IMG/VR virus record: IMGVR_UViG_3300015615_000629
Coordinates: 256,001-320,000 of that record
Source of the DNA: a virus
Taxonomy: Duplodnaviria > Heunggongvirae > Uroviricota > Caudoviricetes
Length of the DNA stretch: 64,000 bases
Direction: 5' to 3' (one strand)
The notes under the pieces were generated by a model, which searched no databases, had not been told where the DNA came from, and saw only the letters and a program-made list of their open reading frames with translations. Position 1 is the stretch's first letter. Every line of letters starts with the position of its first letter. Shown piece after piece: positions 31,642-41,150 of the stretch. Both the position numbers and the translations under genes were made by a program.

Positions 31642-32063
31642 TTTCTGTTATACTTCTTAGTCAATGAGTACCTTGCCTTTAGTTTACAAACCCACGCTAA
31701 ACTAACTCCATATTTTTTCGCAATGTCCTTGGAAATCATATTTTTCGCATCGGCTATAAGTTGTTCTTTGGAAATTTTTTGAGGCCATTGGGCTTGCTTA
31801 CCACGAGGTTTCTTTATTCCATAACTTTTATACCAATACGAAACTGTCATTGAACAGACATTAAATATTTTTCCAATCTCTCGATAAGGCAAGTCACTTA
31901 GAGTTAATAGGACTTCCTTTGGAGGAATATTTGATTTGCCTTTTTTCTTATAGTTTATTTTGTAACGTTGTACCCTTTGATGAATGGCTTGTCTACTGAC
32001 ACCGACAATGTCAGCAACTTCTTGGAGAGTGTGCTTCTCCAGTAACTCAATCCAATCAGCCAT
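31608..32063 (-). CDS. Multi-HTH DNA-binding protein
   Basis: Three HTH units: TLQEVADIVGVSRQAI, YREIGKIFNVCSMTV, SKDIAKKYGVSLAWV. Confidence 0.75.
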   Translation of the reverse strand: MADWIELLEKHTLQEVADIVGVSRQAIHQRVQRYKINYKKKGKSNIPPKEVLLTLSDLPYREIGKIFNVCSMTVSYWYKSYGIKKPRGKQAQWPQKISKEQLIADAKNMISKDIAKKYGVSLAWVCKLKARYSLTKKYNRKCSNLHTKNQI

Positions 32064-32433
32064 TTTGCAAGTGCTCTAAAATCTTGCCGTAAACTATCAT
32101 GTAAGGAATCGGCGTCAATTCGGGAATCCGTTTGATTTTCCTCCCTTTTACCAAAGGAGTAAACCCGTCCCCTCCAAATTGACACGATGTTAAATCAACT
32201 TCTGAGCCATCTGGCAAACGATTCCAGTAATGGGGCTCACCATTAACTTTACCTTTAATTAATTCGCCACCTAATAATTTGTAGACTAAATAAGAAACAA
32301 TTGCGCAATGTCCATCGAGTGGTGATAATCTTTTCTTTTGGTTGTACAATTCCGGATAGCAAGAATATTCTGCCGACGCTACTTCGAGGAAAACCTTTCG
32401 TAGTTCTTTTAACAACTCAGTCATGTGCCACAC
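32056..32433 (-). CDS. YunG-like protein (Cys-His-Asp triad)
   Basis: GHCAIVS..GGEL..HYWNRLPDG..VDLT..QF. Confidence 0.7.
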   Translation of the reverse strand: MWHMTELLKELRKVFLEVASAEYSCYPELYNQKKRLSPLDGHCAIVSYLVYKLLGGELIKGKVNGEPHYWNRLPDGSEVDLTSCQFGGDGFTPLVKGRKIKRIPELTPIPYMIVYGKILEHLQNG

Positions 32434-32559
32434 ATATGGCTGCTAAAACAGCATAGATTACTGCGGATACTATAAACCAAAGAAAACTCCAAAAACTTTC
32501 CAAAGTTAAGGAAATCAAGATATTAGACCAAGGTATGAAAAATCCCCACAAAATTGGCT

Positions 32560-33045
32560 TCATTTTATTCCTTTAATATATTCAACATATTCTTTGCCAA
32601 ATACCTCTTCGACTACCGCCCATTCTTCGTTTTCTTCTTCGGGACTTTTCTCTACGGGCAGAAAACAGTCTTCTCCAAAAGCCTCTATCATCAGTTTTCT
32701 AGCCTCTTCAATATGCTTGTCTGAATTAGGATGTTTTTCGTAATAATGGGTTTCTTGGTTATAAATCAATGCGTTATGGCCATGTCTTTTTAAATCTTTT
32801 CCATATTTTGGATATACCTTCTCCAACCCTATTTCAACAGACAAATAATTTAAATCCGACATCAGCCCACAATCGCAACAAGAATAACCATAAACCTCTT
32901 CTGCCTGATATATCATACAATAGGAAAAATGAGTTATAATGCCATTTTTGTTGGCTATAACCGGTCGGAAATATCTGTCTTTTATAATCTTTAACGTTTT
33001 AATGGTTCGTTCTTTATCCATTGTATTTCTCCACCAAGTCTTCAA
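32560..33045 (-). CDS. Hypothetical protein
   Basis: H..C..CDCG motif. Confidence 0.55.
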   Translation of the reverse strand: MKTWWRNTMDKERTIKTLKIIKDRYFRPVIANKNGIITHFSYCMIYQAEEVYGYSCCDCGLMSDLNYLSVEIGLEKVYPKYGKDLKRHGHNALIYNQETHYYEKHPNSDKHIEEARKLMIEAFGEDCFLPVEKSPEEENEEWAVVEEVFGKEYVEYIKGIK

Positions 33046-33778
33046 TATCGACTGGGTCTAAATGATATGCTTCACTTACTACTTCTTCAATCAAAACATC
33101 ATTTTTGTAAACGTTTAATCGGAAGGAAGTGAATAGATGTCTATCTTCTGGACGAAAGCAATCTACCTTGACTTTGAAGGCACCAAAGACAATCTCTGCT
33201 ATGTTAGTTCGGAACAGCCGATTGGTCAAGTAGCCTGTAACATCACATCCTGGTAATTCGATTGTGCATTCTTTTGGCTTCGGCCACGCATGATACGTTC
33301 TAGCAGAAAGCGTATCAACAGCGTGACAAATACCAGCCAATTCGTTCATTACCCGTTCTTTGCAATAGTCATTTCCTTCACCATGAACGTACTTCAAAGC
33401 GTTTAATTCTTCTTTGGTAAATTTGATTCCATACGCTTTCGGCAATCTTTCCAAAAACCAGTTTTCCTTGTCTATTACTTCGCCTGTTGAATATTTGAAT
33501 ATTTTTTCAATATCGTGAAAATATAATACAATTGCAGCCGAGTCATAAGTATGATCTAATTTTCCGCTTAATTCTATACAATTCATAATGTGGTCTAAAT
33601 AGCCACCCTCCCAGGCTTGATGTTTAGAGGCAGAGCCTTGAGCGATAGCCATTAAGTCTTCAAAATCTCTATGAAACTTTGTGATCCCGTTCTTTCTTTC
33701 TTCGTCAACCCTGTCTAACATCGCAGATAAAAGATCGTCAGACGTAATTTCACCGACATGCACTTTTAACGTATTCAT
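33014..33778 (-). CDS. HD-domain phosphohydrolase
   Basis: HQAWEGGYLDH..FHDIEK..HG..D. Confidence 0.75.
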   Translation of the reverse strand: MNTLKVHVGEITSDDLLSAMLDRVDEERKNGITKFHRDFEDLMAIAQGSASKHQAWEGGYLDHIMNCIELSGKLDHTYDSAAIVLYFHDIEKIFKYSTGEVIDKENWFLERLPKAYGIKFTKEELNALKYVHGEGNDYCKERVMNELAGICHAVDTLSARTYHAWPKPKECTIELPGCDVTGYLTNRLFRTNIAEIVFGAFKVKVDCFRPEDRHLFTSFRLNVYKNDVLIEEVVSEAYHLDPVDIEDLVEKYNG

Positions 33779-34250
33779 TTAATTCATCCTCCGTTATTTT
33801 TGAATAGTACATTCGTGGATCAATGGCGGTGGTCGTACTTGTTCCGATAATGTTTTTGTTTAGATTTTCTAAAAACATACCCTTGAAGGTATCATTTATA
33901 AAAAAATCCGAAAAATTACTATCCCAAAATTTGTTTATAAGTGAATAGGCTGCTTTGAATGGGCTTTTACAGAATCCCAATCCTGCATTCCCTAAACAAA
34001 CATGTGCGGTGATTTCTAGTATATTTGGGAAGTACGGAATATAGCCGTATGGATCGATAATATAGAGAGCACACGGGGCAAAACCCAACTTGCTGCAAGA
34101 ATAATCTATAAGACACAAAAACGACAATTTAGGGACTGAGACAAAATAAGGTCTGCCATTATAAATAATGGTTCTTTTTTGCGTCGGCAATTCAAAAGAA
34201 AATAGTATATAGTTATAAGCCATTTTATGTTGATAAATGCTAACTTCCAT
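33750..34250 (-). CDS. Prok-E2_D-like paralogue 2
   Basis: KRT..PYFVSVP..FPNI..HVCLG..INKFWDSNF. Confidence 0.6.
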   Translation of the reverse strand: MEVSIYQHKMAYNYILFSFELPTQKRTIIYNGRPYFVSVPKLSFLCLIDYSCSKLGFAPCALYIIDPYGYIPYFPNILEITAHVCLGNAGLGFCKSPFKAAYSLINKFWDSNFSDFFINDTFKGMFLENLNKNIIGTSTTTAIDPRMYYSKITEDELNEYVKSACR

Positions 34251-34761
34251 ATTTTTCCCTTACTTCTTGAATGGCCTTTTCGACATCAGGGATTTCTGAG
34301 AATTCTTCACTATAAAATTCTCTTGCTGCCTCAAACATAGTTTCTAGAGAAATTTCTAACGAACTCAATACATCCGTCCAGAACATTTTCTTTAATTTGT
34401 CGCTGGTGCAAGGACCATCTCCACCTACCGTTATGGGTTTAGAACAATTTGGACATTTGGCGTGTCTAGTATGTTTTTTACAATGGATACAAAAGACTTC
34501 GTGTGGTTCGGTTAGTCTGTCCGTGACAATGATTAAAGCGTCTTGTGACGTTTTTCCTTTGGGGAAAGTTTTACCCTCTAAGGCTTCTCTTTCGTCCCAA
34601 TTATCAAACCAATGTTCTCCGAAATCCTGGTCTCTATTGAATAATCTGCCAATCCAGACAACGGGGCTCCACTCCGTCAATCCAAGGACATTGCTTATCT
34701 CTGTAAATTGATCGGTACAAAAGAAACAGTCTAGTTCCTGATTGTAATCAAAGACTTTCAT
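34240..34761 (-). CDS. Hypothetical protein with zinc ribbon
   Basis: CIHC..CPNC. Confidence 0.6.
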   Translation of the reverse strand: MKVFDYNQELDCFFCTDQFTEISNVLGLTEWSPVVWIGRLFNRDQDFGEHWFDNWDEREALEGKTFPKGKTSQDALIIVTDRLTEPHEVFCIHCKKHTRHAKCPNCSKPITVGGDGPCTSDKLKKMFWTDVLSSLEISLETMFEAAREFYSEEFSEIPDVEKAIQEVREKYGS

Positions 34762-35258
34762 ATGCCTTCTCCAATCATGGGATTGTTGCTGGTCGATATT
34801 ATAGGTTCTTTAATCCAATGTTCACCATAATAAACTGGAAGGTTCGACACTTCTATCTTTCCTAATCTTAATCCTCTTATGAATTCTTCCTTTTCGAAAG
34901 GACCACCTCTAAAGTGATCGATAAACCTAGAAGTCCAAAATTTCTCCATTACCATTTCACACAACCCCTCTAGAGTTGGTGACGACAATACAAGAGGCAC
35001 TGTCGGTTGTTGTAAACAAACTTTACCTGTTCTGGTAGTGTGTGGCATTATTAACATGCGCTTACCAGATGCAGAAATGTATAAGCCGATAAATTCAAAT
35101 TGCAACTGAAAATGGATAGCAAATTCCAAAGCCGGATAATTTATAAAATATGGGACACCCAAGTAAATTATAGTCCTTCTCCCGGCAGGAACATTAACTT
35201 TTGCTAGTTTTGTAGAGGTGTGTTTTGAATAATATGTCTCTATTTTGGCGTTTCGCAT
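34758..35258 (-). CDS. Prok-E2_D-like paralogue 3
   Basis: RRT..PYFINYP..MPHT..GKVCL..MEKFWTSRF. Confidence 0.6.
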   Translation of the reverse strand: MRNAKIETYYSKHTSTKLAKVNVPAGRRTIIYLGVPYFINYPALEFAIHFQLQFEFIGLYISASGKRMLIMPHTTRTGKVCLQQPTVPLVLSSPTLEGLCEMVMEKFWTSRFIDHFRGGPFEKEEFIRGLRLGKIEVSNLPVYYGEHWIKEPIISTSNNPMIGEGI

Positions 35259-35497
35259 GCTTCCCTCATTAACCTGTCTAGCATCCCATGCTCAGCCAAC
35301 ACTCGACACCCATCGCAATACCTTGCAGGACTAAATATGTAATTTTCAGGCAAAGTCTCTGTCGGTATTCCACAACCTTTGCAATAAAAATACATAGGAG
35401 AGCCAGCAATTAACTTTGCATTGTCAATTTGCTTCTCTCTGGGATTTTCCTTAAACCTTCTGTGGAATTCCTGTTCGGCTACTTCAAAATTAATCAC
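35240..35497 (-). CDS. Small zinc-finger protein
   Basis: GSPMYFYCKGC..CDGC. Confidence 0.6.
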   Translation of the reverse strand: MINFEVAEQEFHRRFKENPREKQIDNAKLIAGSPMYFYCKGCGIPTETLPENYIFSPARYCDGCRVLAEHGMLDRLMREACETPK

Positions 35498-36347
35498 GAT
35501 TCTTATCCAATGCCTTCTTAAGTTTTTGAGCTAAATTTGCCAATTCGATAAATTCTTTGTTTGTCTTGTTTTTCTCTAAGAAATCTTTCACTTCATCAGA
35601 ATAAGGCCCATGTCTGTTAATTAGAATTGCTAAATCACCCAACAACTTGTCGTTGTTCGGCCCGGCTGGGCCTGAGACTCTAATATTCGTCTCTATTTTG
35701 ATATCATGAGCAATTTCTATTGGAAAATCCAATCGATATTCTAGAAACAGTTTTGCTCTTTCAACAAGATCGCTAATTCCAGATCGGATAACTTCACCAG
35801 TAGTCATCTCATCTGAGTTGTCCGCTGCCATTAAATAACATATTTTTCCTGTGTTGTAACACTCTACAAAGAGTTTTCTATTCCCTAGTCTTACCGAAAT
35901 CGCTACGCCGCCCATTACCGTTGGAACAACACGGGTTGGATAAAAGTCTTCGTTTCGGTATACCGACAATACGGTCAGAGCATTTACGCATGATTCCGAG
36001 CTAGGTGGGTCTGCATTCTCACACCAACCCTTTTTTAATTCGGGAAATTCATCGGTAATTTTAAGGATATATTTATCCCAATCTCTGGGACAATCTATAC
36101 TCTGCCCCTCTGCAAACGCCAAATAATAGTACCAAGACGCAGGCTGGATTAAATTTCTAAAAACATCTACCTTGTCTCGCTCTCTATTGATATTGTTTCC
36201 AGCTACGGCAGCCAAACGATTGAGAGCCGATTGTGGTCTGTCCCCTTCTCCTATTACATTGAATTCTAGACAATGAGCAATCCAATGCTCTACATCAATA
36301 GCGTCAGACGGTTGGTAAACCACAATGTTTAGCGGCAGTCGAAGCAT
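35490..36347 (-). CDS. Protein with N-terminal HicB-like domain
   Basis: WIAHCLEFNVIGEGD.PQSAL..L. Confidence 0.5.
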   Translation of the reverse strand: MLRLPLNIVVYQPSDAIDVEHWIAHCLEFNVIGEGDRPQSALNRLAAVAGNNINRERDKVDVFRNLIQPASWYYYLAFAEGQSIDCPRDWDKYILKITDEFPELKKGWCENADPPSSESCVNALTVLSVYRNEDFYPTRVVPTVMGGVAISVRLGNRKLFVECYNTGKICYLMAADNSDEMTTGEVIRSGISDLVERAKLFLEYRLDFPIEIAHDIKIETNIRVSGPAGPNNDKLLGDLAILINRHGPYSDEVKDFLEKNKTNKEFIELANLAQKLKKALDKNRD

Positions 36348-36537
36348 CTTAACTCCTAGACTTGTACTTCCAATTGAAACGGTGAGAATATACGCCTGTA
36401 GCTACACTTAGAATCTTGATATAGTGATTGAATTTCCTCTTTGGCTTTTTCTCCCGATTCGGCCTGTACAATAAATCTTTTTTCTACTGTATCGACTTGG
36501 TTTCTCAATTCAATCTGTGCAACTATCAAATACATGT

Positions 36538-36879
36538 TCATTTGGAAATCTCTTTTTCCACATCAAATGTTCTAGTTAAATAACCTGGGCAACAATGCAT
36601 TATACCCCTGCCCTGGAAGTCTACATCACAAGCAAAACGGTCTTTTTTGCCGTCAAATTCTGGTATCCGGACGACTACTCCATAAAGACCATGCCATTTT
36701 ACTCTATCGCCAACTTCTAGATAGACCTTCTGGCCGGATTGCTCGTCAGTTGCTCCAAGCATTCGCAATTCATCTTGAATATGTCTTTCTCGGTGAATAT
36801 CCCAAAGAAAACGGAACATCCCCATTCCAAGAGCAATAACGAAAACGAAAAACAAAAAACCAGACAAAGAGAATTTCAT
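36538..36879 (-). CDS. Membrane-anchored protein with FSL-type N-terminus and SH3-like domain
   Basis: MKFSLSGFLFFVFVIA; VGDRVKW..GVV. Confidence 0.55.
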   Translation of the reverse strand: MKFSLSGFLFFVFVIALGMGMFRFLWDIHRERHIQDELRMLGATDEQSGQKVYLEVGDRVKWHGLYGVVVRIPEFDGKKDRFACDVDFQGRGIMHCCPGYLTRTFDVEKEISK

Positions 36880-37250
36880 TGGACGTTTGCCAACCTGTAG
36901 GTTTCATAATCTACTTTAAGGTATTCCCAAGCCGATTCTCCGTCGTTATCTTCTGCTGCCCGACGGTATATTTCGTAATTTTCCATTTCATTTTCATAAC
37001 ATCGACGCTGACGCTTCCAAGTAGTAAATCTAGATTTGGCCTCTTCTCTAAGACTTTCAGGAAGCAATTCTATATCTGATTCAGAAAAATCTGGCTTCTC
37101 CGGTGCTTCGGGCTTGTCTGGAACTTCATGTTCTCCTAAAGATTTCACTATTTCTAGCGAAACTTTATGTAATTGCTCATCCGAACTTACATCGTAGTAA
37201 GTGGGCTCAATACTACGGTCGTGTTCCTCGACTATCAGGATGCGTTTCAT
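36876..37250 (-). CDS. Hypothetical protein
   Basis: 124 aa coupled ORF. Confidence 0.55.
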   Translation of the reverse strand: MKRILIVEEHDRSIEPTYYDVSSDEQLHKVSLEIVKSLGEHEVPDKPEAPEKPDFSESDIELLPESLREEAKSRFTTWKRQRRCYENEMENYEIYRRAAEDNDGESAWEYLKVDYETYRLANVQ

Positions 37251-37510
37251 TTTATTCCCAATGGATTAAATCTAATACAAAGAATAAAAATATTACTGCA
37301 AGTGGCAGTCCCAAAGCAACCACTGCCCCCAAAACAGAATAAATCACTCCGACAAATGGGTTTTCGTGCCCAAGTCCAGCCCCTAATATGTTCGCTCCAG
37401 AAAAGAATAGTATTAAAGATGTCAATATCGCAATTGTCGAAAAGAAGTATTCCTTAATTGGATTGGGTACTTCCTTTTGTGGTTCTTCTTGCGGCCAAGT
37501 TATTCGAAGT

Positions 37511-38023
37511 CTATTCATTTTTAACCAAATTATCTGTTTCCTTTATAATTTTTCGCAAATCTTCTATGGATATTTCTGAAAAAACAGAAGACACCTTTTT
37601 AGGGCATAAATACTCTTTAAATTTCTTTCCTTTGTTTTTTGGTATTAAATATGGCCCCTGACTTCCGCTCTCGTAGGGAGAGGCCCAAAGCTGCTCAATC
37701 GCCCTTTCAATTGCTTCCTTTACATCTGCCCTTATCGTTATATGATCGAAAGATATACAAACACTACCATCGTTGTCTGTGTGCCCAATACTTATGCTTG
37801 GTAAGTAAAATTCGCCATCTTCTTCAAGTAAGAATTGTAACGGATAACTACCAGATACGTAAAATACCCCTTTACTGGCTTTTACAGGAAAGATAAATAC
37901 GTGCTTGGGGATTTCTATAAAGTAACTTCTAGAACCGACTCTAGAATCGAATCTTACCGTCCTTTTACAAGGCGGACATTCCACCATGATGAGCGTTTTG
38001 GTTTTGTTTATTTTGAATTTCAT
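37511..38023 (-). CDS. Prok-E2_D-like paralogue 4
   Basis: KRT..YFIEIP..GHTDNDGSVCI..IEQLWAS. Confidence 0.55.
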   Translation of the reverse strand: MKFKINKTKTLIMVECPPCKRTVRFDSRVGSRSYFIEIPKHVFIFPVKASKGVFYVSGSYPLQFLLEEDGEFYLPSISIGHTDNDGSVCISFDHITIRADVKEAIERAIEQLWASPYESGSQGPYLIPKNKGKKFKEYLCPKKVSSVFSEISIEDLRKIIKETDNLVKNE

Positions 38024-38024
38024 T

Positions 38025-38468
38025 TCAATGGTCTACGAAGATTCTGCCATCCTCTTCCCAAATAGCAATCTTTTCGTTACTCACTTCTATCTTACCAGTA
38101 AGTAGGCTGGTTGTGAAATTGCGGTCGGTTGTGGGGCTATGGTTGAAGTGATCTAGATTGTCAGACTGGAAAAAATAGTCTATAACCCGTTTGTTAAGTA
38201 GTTCTAAATCAGGATCGTAAAAACTAATCGAATTATTCCACGCCAAACAAATATGTCCATCCTCTTCGATGTGTGGGAATCTCAAAAGATAGTCGTACTC
38301 ATTACAAACATTTAACCCAGCAAAGTGATACTTTTTATACTGTGAGTAAAACACTATGGTTTTAATTGTGGGGAATTCCACGTAGTAAGGCGTCCCCCAA
38401 TAGAGGATCGTCCTGTGGTGGCGGGGAATAATAGAGATTATCGCATTTTTGAAAATCTGGATTTTCAT
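38025..38468 (-). CDS. Prok-E2_D-like paralogue 5
   Basis: HRT..PYYVEFP..FPHIEEDGHICL..VIDYFFQS. Confidence 0.6.
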   Translation of the reverse strand: MKIQIFKNAIISIIPRHHRTILYWGTPYYVEFPTIKTIVFYSQYKKYHFAGLNVCNEYDYLLRFPHIEEDGHICLAWNNSISFYDPDLELLNKRVIDYFFQSDNLDHFNHSPTTDRNFTTSLLTGKIEVSNEKIAIWEEDGRIFVDH

Positions 38469-38499
38469 GCTACGTCTTAGAAAGATGCCAAGGCATCCT

Positions 38500-38527
38500 A
38501 TTGTAGCACAGATCGGCAGAATGCCAA
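38500..38527 (-). promoter_or_regulatory. Sigma70-like promoter TTGGCA-N16-TACAAT with TGTGC
   Basis: Minus strand ttggcattctgccgatctgtgctacaat. Confidence 0.55.
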
Positions 38528-38531
38528 GAAA

Positions 38532-39035
38532 CTAAGGAAACACCCTAGCCGTGCAAGTTTCTTCCTTTGGGAAATAAACAGGTGTTTCGTCTAACAGGGG
38601 AATCTCTCCATCATCTAATACTTTGGCCAAGTATTGTGCATATTGCCCTTCTGGGCCTCCACTGAAGTTATGAATATAATTTAACTTAAATCTAGATTCC
38701 CAAAATCTTTTTATTTGATCTGTAAAATCACGCCCAGGCGAACAAACAGAAAAGGCATAGTTATAGTCTGTTCCCGTAACATCTCCCCGAACATGCAACA
38801 ACCCAGGATGATAGACTTTCATTCCTGGTTTAAACTCTTCTTTGGTTAAACCAAGCCCAAATAAACCATACCAAGTTGGCGTAATATAAGTAAAAAAGAC
38901 ATGCCAAGGTATCCGAATAGGATAACTTCCAGAATATAACTTTTTGTTAATTTCTATTTGGCCGTCAAAAATCAAGGTTCTAACTTGCGGCCGAAAAGTT
39001 ATGTATCTGAAATTATTTTCAGTTTTGATGTGCAT
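38532..39035 (-). CDS. Prok-E2_D-like paralogue 6
   Basis: VRT..IPWHVF..HPGLLHV..SVC..IKRFWESRF. Confidence 0.55.
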   Translation of the reverse strand: MHIKTENNFRYITFRPQVRTLIFDGQIEINKKLYSGSYPIRIPWHVFFTYITPTWYGLFGLGLTKEEFKPGMKVYHPGLLHVRGDVTGTDYNYAFSVCSPGRDFTDQIKRFWESRFKLNYIHNFSGGPEGQYAQYLAKVLDDGEIPLLDETPVYFPKEETCTARVFP

Positions 39036-39053
39036 GGTTTACTCTATTAATGG

Positions 39054-39695
39054 ATGGCACCAACTACATATAAATTTGAATGTTGCAACTGCGGTAAAAA
39101 ATGTGAGAGAGAACTTCGTTCACATCCTAAATATAAGGGTGATCTATGGAAAGGTAGGCTTTTTTGTTCTTTGCAATGTTTGGGAAATTTTAACAACAAA
39201 ACCACAATAGAACCATGTGGGAATTGTGGAAAATTAGTTGAAAAAATACCAAAAGAAATAAAAGATTCTAAATCAGGAAAAGTGTTTTGTAGTAGGTCAT
39301 GCTCAGCGTCCTTTAATAATAAATTTAAACGTAAGACAAATCGTTCCAAGTGCGAGAAACTTTTATTTAATCTAATCTCTGAAAAGTTCCCAGACTTAGA
39401 AATATTGTCTAACGATAAAACAATGTTAAATGGCTTGGAAGCGGATATTGCTATTCCATCTTTAAGACTCGCAATAGAGTGGAATGGGCCGGTTCATTTC
39501 AAACCAATATATGGTGAAGAAAAATTACGTAGGATTCAGGAGATTGATAGAAACAAATTAGAAATAGCCTCTAGAAATGACATTAATTTGATTGTCATTC
39601 CAGACTATGTTTCCAAAAAATCTTTCGTGTTAGAAGTTTTCGAAAAAATAAAGAAAATTATCAACGACTTACGTAGCGGAACCGGCACGGTATGA
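39054..39695 (+). CDS. Zinc-finger plus PD-(D/E)XK (DUF559/Vsr-like) endonuclease, putative free-standing homing endonuclease
   Basis: CxxC..FCSxxC repeats; EADIAIPSLRLAIEWNGPVH; opposite strand, overlaps the 3' end of a tRNA-Ser. Confidence 0.7.
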   Translation: MAPTTYKFECCNCGKKCERELRSHPKYKGDLWKGRLFCSLQCLGNFNNKTTIEPCGNCGKLVEKIPKEIKDSKSGKVFCSRSCSASFNNKFKRKTNRSKCEKLLFNLISEKFPDLEILSNDKTMLNGLEADIAIPSLRLAIEWNGPVHFKPIYGEEKLRRIQEIDRNKLEIASRNDINLIVIPDYVSKKSFVLEVFEKIKKIINDLRSGTGTV

Positions 39696-39759
39696 TCGTG
39701 CAACCCTTTCGGGCATCTGTTTTCGAGGCAGACTGCTATTCCAATTTCGCTTCGGTTCC
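39677..39759 (-). tRNA. trnS: tRNA-Ser(CGA)
   Basis: Acceptor GGAACCG/CGGUUCC, loop CUCGAAA, long variable arm, G73; atypical T loop AUCAUAC. Confidence 0.8.
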
Positions 39760-39765
39760 TTAGAG

Positions 39766-39847
39766 CGGATGCGGCGTGTGCCGACCACGCAACCCTTTCG
39801 GGCAGCCGGGTTCAAACCGGTGTCCTCGCCAACTTCGGATCGCATCC
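39766..39847 (-). tRNA. trnS: tRNA-Ser(TGA)
   Basis: Acceptor GGAUGCG/CGCAUCC, loop UUUGAAC, long variable arm; atypical T loop GUCGGCA. Confidence 0.8.
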
Positions 39848-39855
39848 ATTTACAG

Positions 39856-39940
39856 CGGAAGGTGTGGAAGTCGAATCCACAAGGGTTTTATCCTCGACTC
39901 TTTAGCAAAGAGTTCCCGTCGCCAATCGGGTTGACCTTCC
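39856..39940 (-). tRNA. trnS: tRNA-Ser(GCT)
   Basis: GGAAGGU/ACCUUCC, ACUCU-UUGCUAA-AGAGU, T loop UUCGACU. Confidence 0.9.
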
Positions 39941-39950
39941 AAATTAAACG

Positions 39951-39975
39951 TAAGTCCTTACCATATAAGGACTTA
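39951..39975. repeat. 10-bp inverted repeat between Ser tRNAs
   Basis: taagtcctta-ccata-taaggactta. Confidence 0.6.
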
Positions 39976-39979
39976 AGAG

Positions 39980-40059
39980 CGGATACGGAGCGATTCGAAC
40001 GCTCAACCCTTTCGGGCGACCGCTTTCCAAGCGGTTTCCTCACCATTCGGATCGTATCC
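39980..40059 (-). tRNA. trnS: tRNA-Ser(GGA)
   Basis: GGAUACG/CGUAUCC, ACCGC-UUGGAAA-GCGGU, T loop UUCGAAU. Confidence 0.9.
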
Positions 40060-40071
40060 AGTTTGTTTCAC

Positions 40072-40662
40072 TCAAAATATAAAATTCTCAATTTCCAACA
40101 CGTAACAATCTTCTAATTCTGGTTTCTCCTTTTTGCACAGCAACATCTTATTTGTAAGTTTTTCATCGACAAATAATTTCCATCTTCCATGTATAATGCC
40201 ACTTTCTCGAATCTCTACCTCTGAACTATCAATCCATTCAAAGCCGGAGGTTGCCGTCTGGAATACCGCCGCAACCTCCGGACCAACAACAATCCAACCG
40301 TGGCCATATCCTAACTTGTAGACAACTTGCAAAAATAATGCTTCATATTTTTCCATAATAGTGTCGCCAAGAGCCTCATTAAAATTCCATCTCGAATATG
40401 CAAAAGTTTGCCAATCTCTAGGCCATGTGGGTCTATTACTGTAGGCTTCTTCACACCCATCAATTAAAGTTTGCACTTCTTCGTGAGTTTTGATAAAGTC
40501 CCGCCCCATCCAAAACTTATATCCTTCGCAATCCTTGTATGGAGTGAGATCCCATTCTACAGTCCATTCCGCTTTCAATTTATATTTTGGTTTTTCTTTC
40601 TGGAAGAAAGAACCAATAAACGGCAGTCCTGCCAAAGCCAAACTAAAGTCTCGTCTGTTCAT
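40072..40662 (-). CDS. Twin-arginine-leader protein with gp23 (major capsid)-like segments
   Basis: MNRRDFSLALAGL; KLKAEWTVE..DL; EKYEAL..WIVVGPEVAAVFQTATSGF..G...GRWKLFVD. Confidence 0.5.
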   Translation of the reverse strand: MNRRDFSLALAGLPFIGSFFQKEKPKYKLKAEWTVEWDLTPYKDCEGYKFWMGRDFIKTHEEVQTLIDGCEEAYSNRPTWPRDWQTFAYSRWNFNEALGDTIMEKYEALFLQVVYKLGYGHGWIVVGPEVAAVFQTATSGFEWIDSSEVEIRESGIIHGRWKLFVDEKLTNKMLLCKKEKPELEDCYVLEIENFIF

Positions 40663-40663
40663 A

Positions 40664-41146
40664 TTAACCTTTCGGTAATTCGGTTGGTGAAACCTTTTGA
40701 TTTGTCAACTTCCCTTGAGCTATGTCAAATAACCATTGAGCCCATACTGCCCTTGGAATAATTCGTCCGCCTATCTCTTCTGTTGTGATCGGTAAGCCAT
40801 GTGCAATAGGAGATAAATGCCCATCAAACATCGACCACCAAAAGTGCGATATACTTTCATCAAATTTCTTAATTATGTTTTTTGAAGTATATTTAATGTC
40901 TCCCAAACAAACAAAACCCTCATTTACGTTAGGGAGATCAGGAAACTCAAAACTATCTTCGGTTTCAAACCAAACCGCTAAACTGACTGGTAAACCATCC
41001 GTGGGCACCCATAAAAAGAAATGTATCTTGGGGAAATCTATATAATATGAGCGATTCCAAACGTTTAGTAAAGTCCTCTTCCCTGCTGGTTGTGTTCTGT
41101 GATAAATATAAGTGTATTCACTAATTTTGTAACAATCTGTAGTCAT
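40664..41146 (-). CDS. Prok-E2_D-like paralogue 7
   Basis: KRT..YYIDFP..LPNVNEGFVCLG..ISHFWWSMF. Confidence 0.65.
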   Translation of the reverse strand: MTTDCYKISEYTYIYHRTQPAGKRTLLNVWNRSYYIDFPKIHFFLWVPTDGLPVSLAVWFETEDSFEFPDLPNVNEGFVCLGDIKYTSKNIIKKFDESISHFWWSMFDGHLSPIAHGLPITTEEIGGRIIPRAVWAQWLFDIAQGKLTNQKVSPTELPKG

Positions 41147-41150
41147 TTAA

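Noticed and set aside
39769-40116. Plus-strand ORFs 39769..40116 and 43931..44140, and minus-strand ORF 30630..30839
   Set aside because: Shadow ORFs over tRNA or ncRNA genes.
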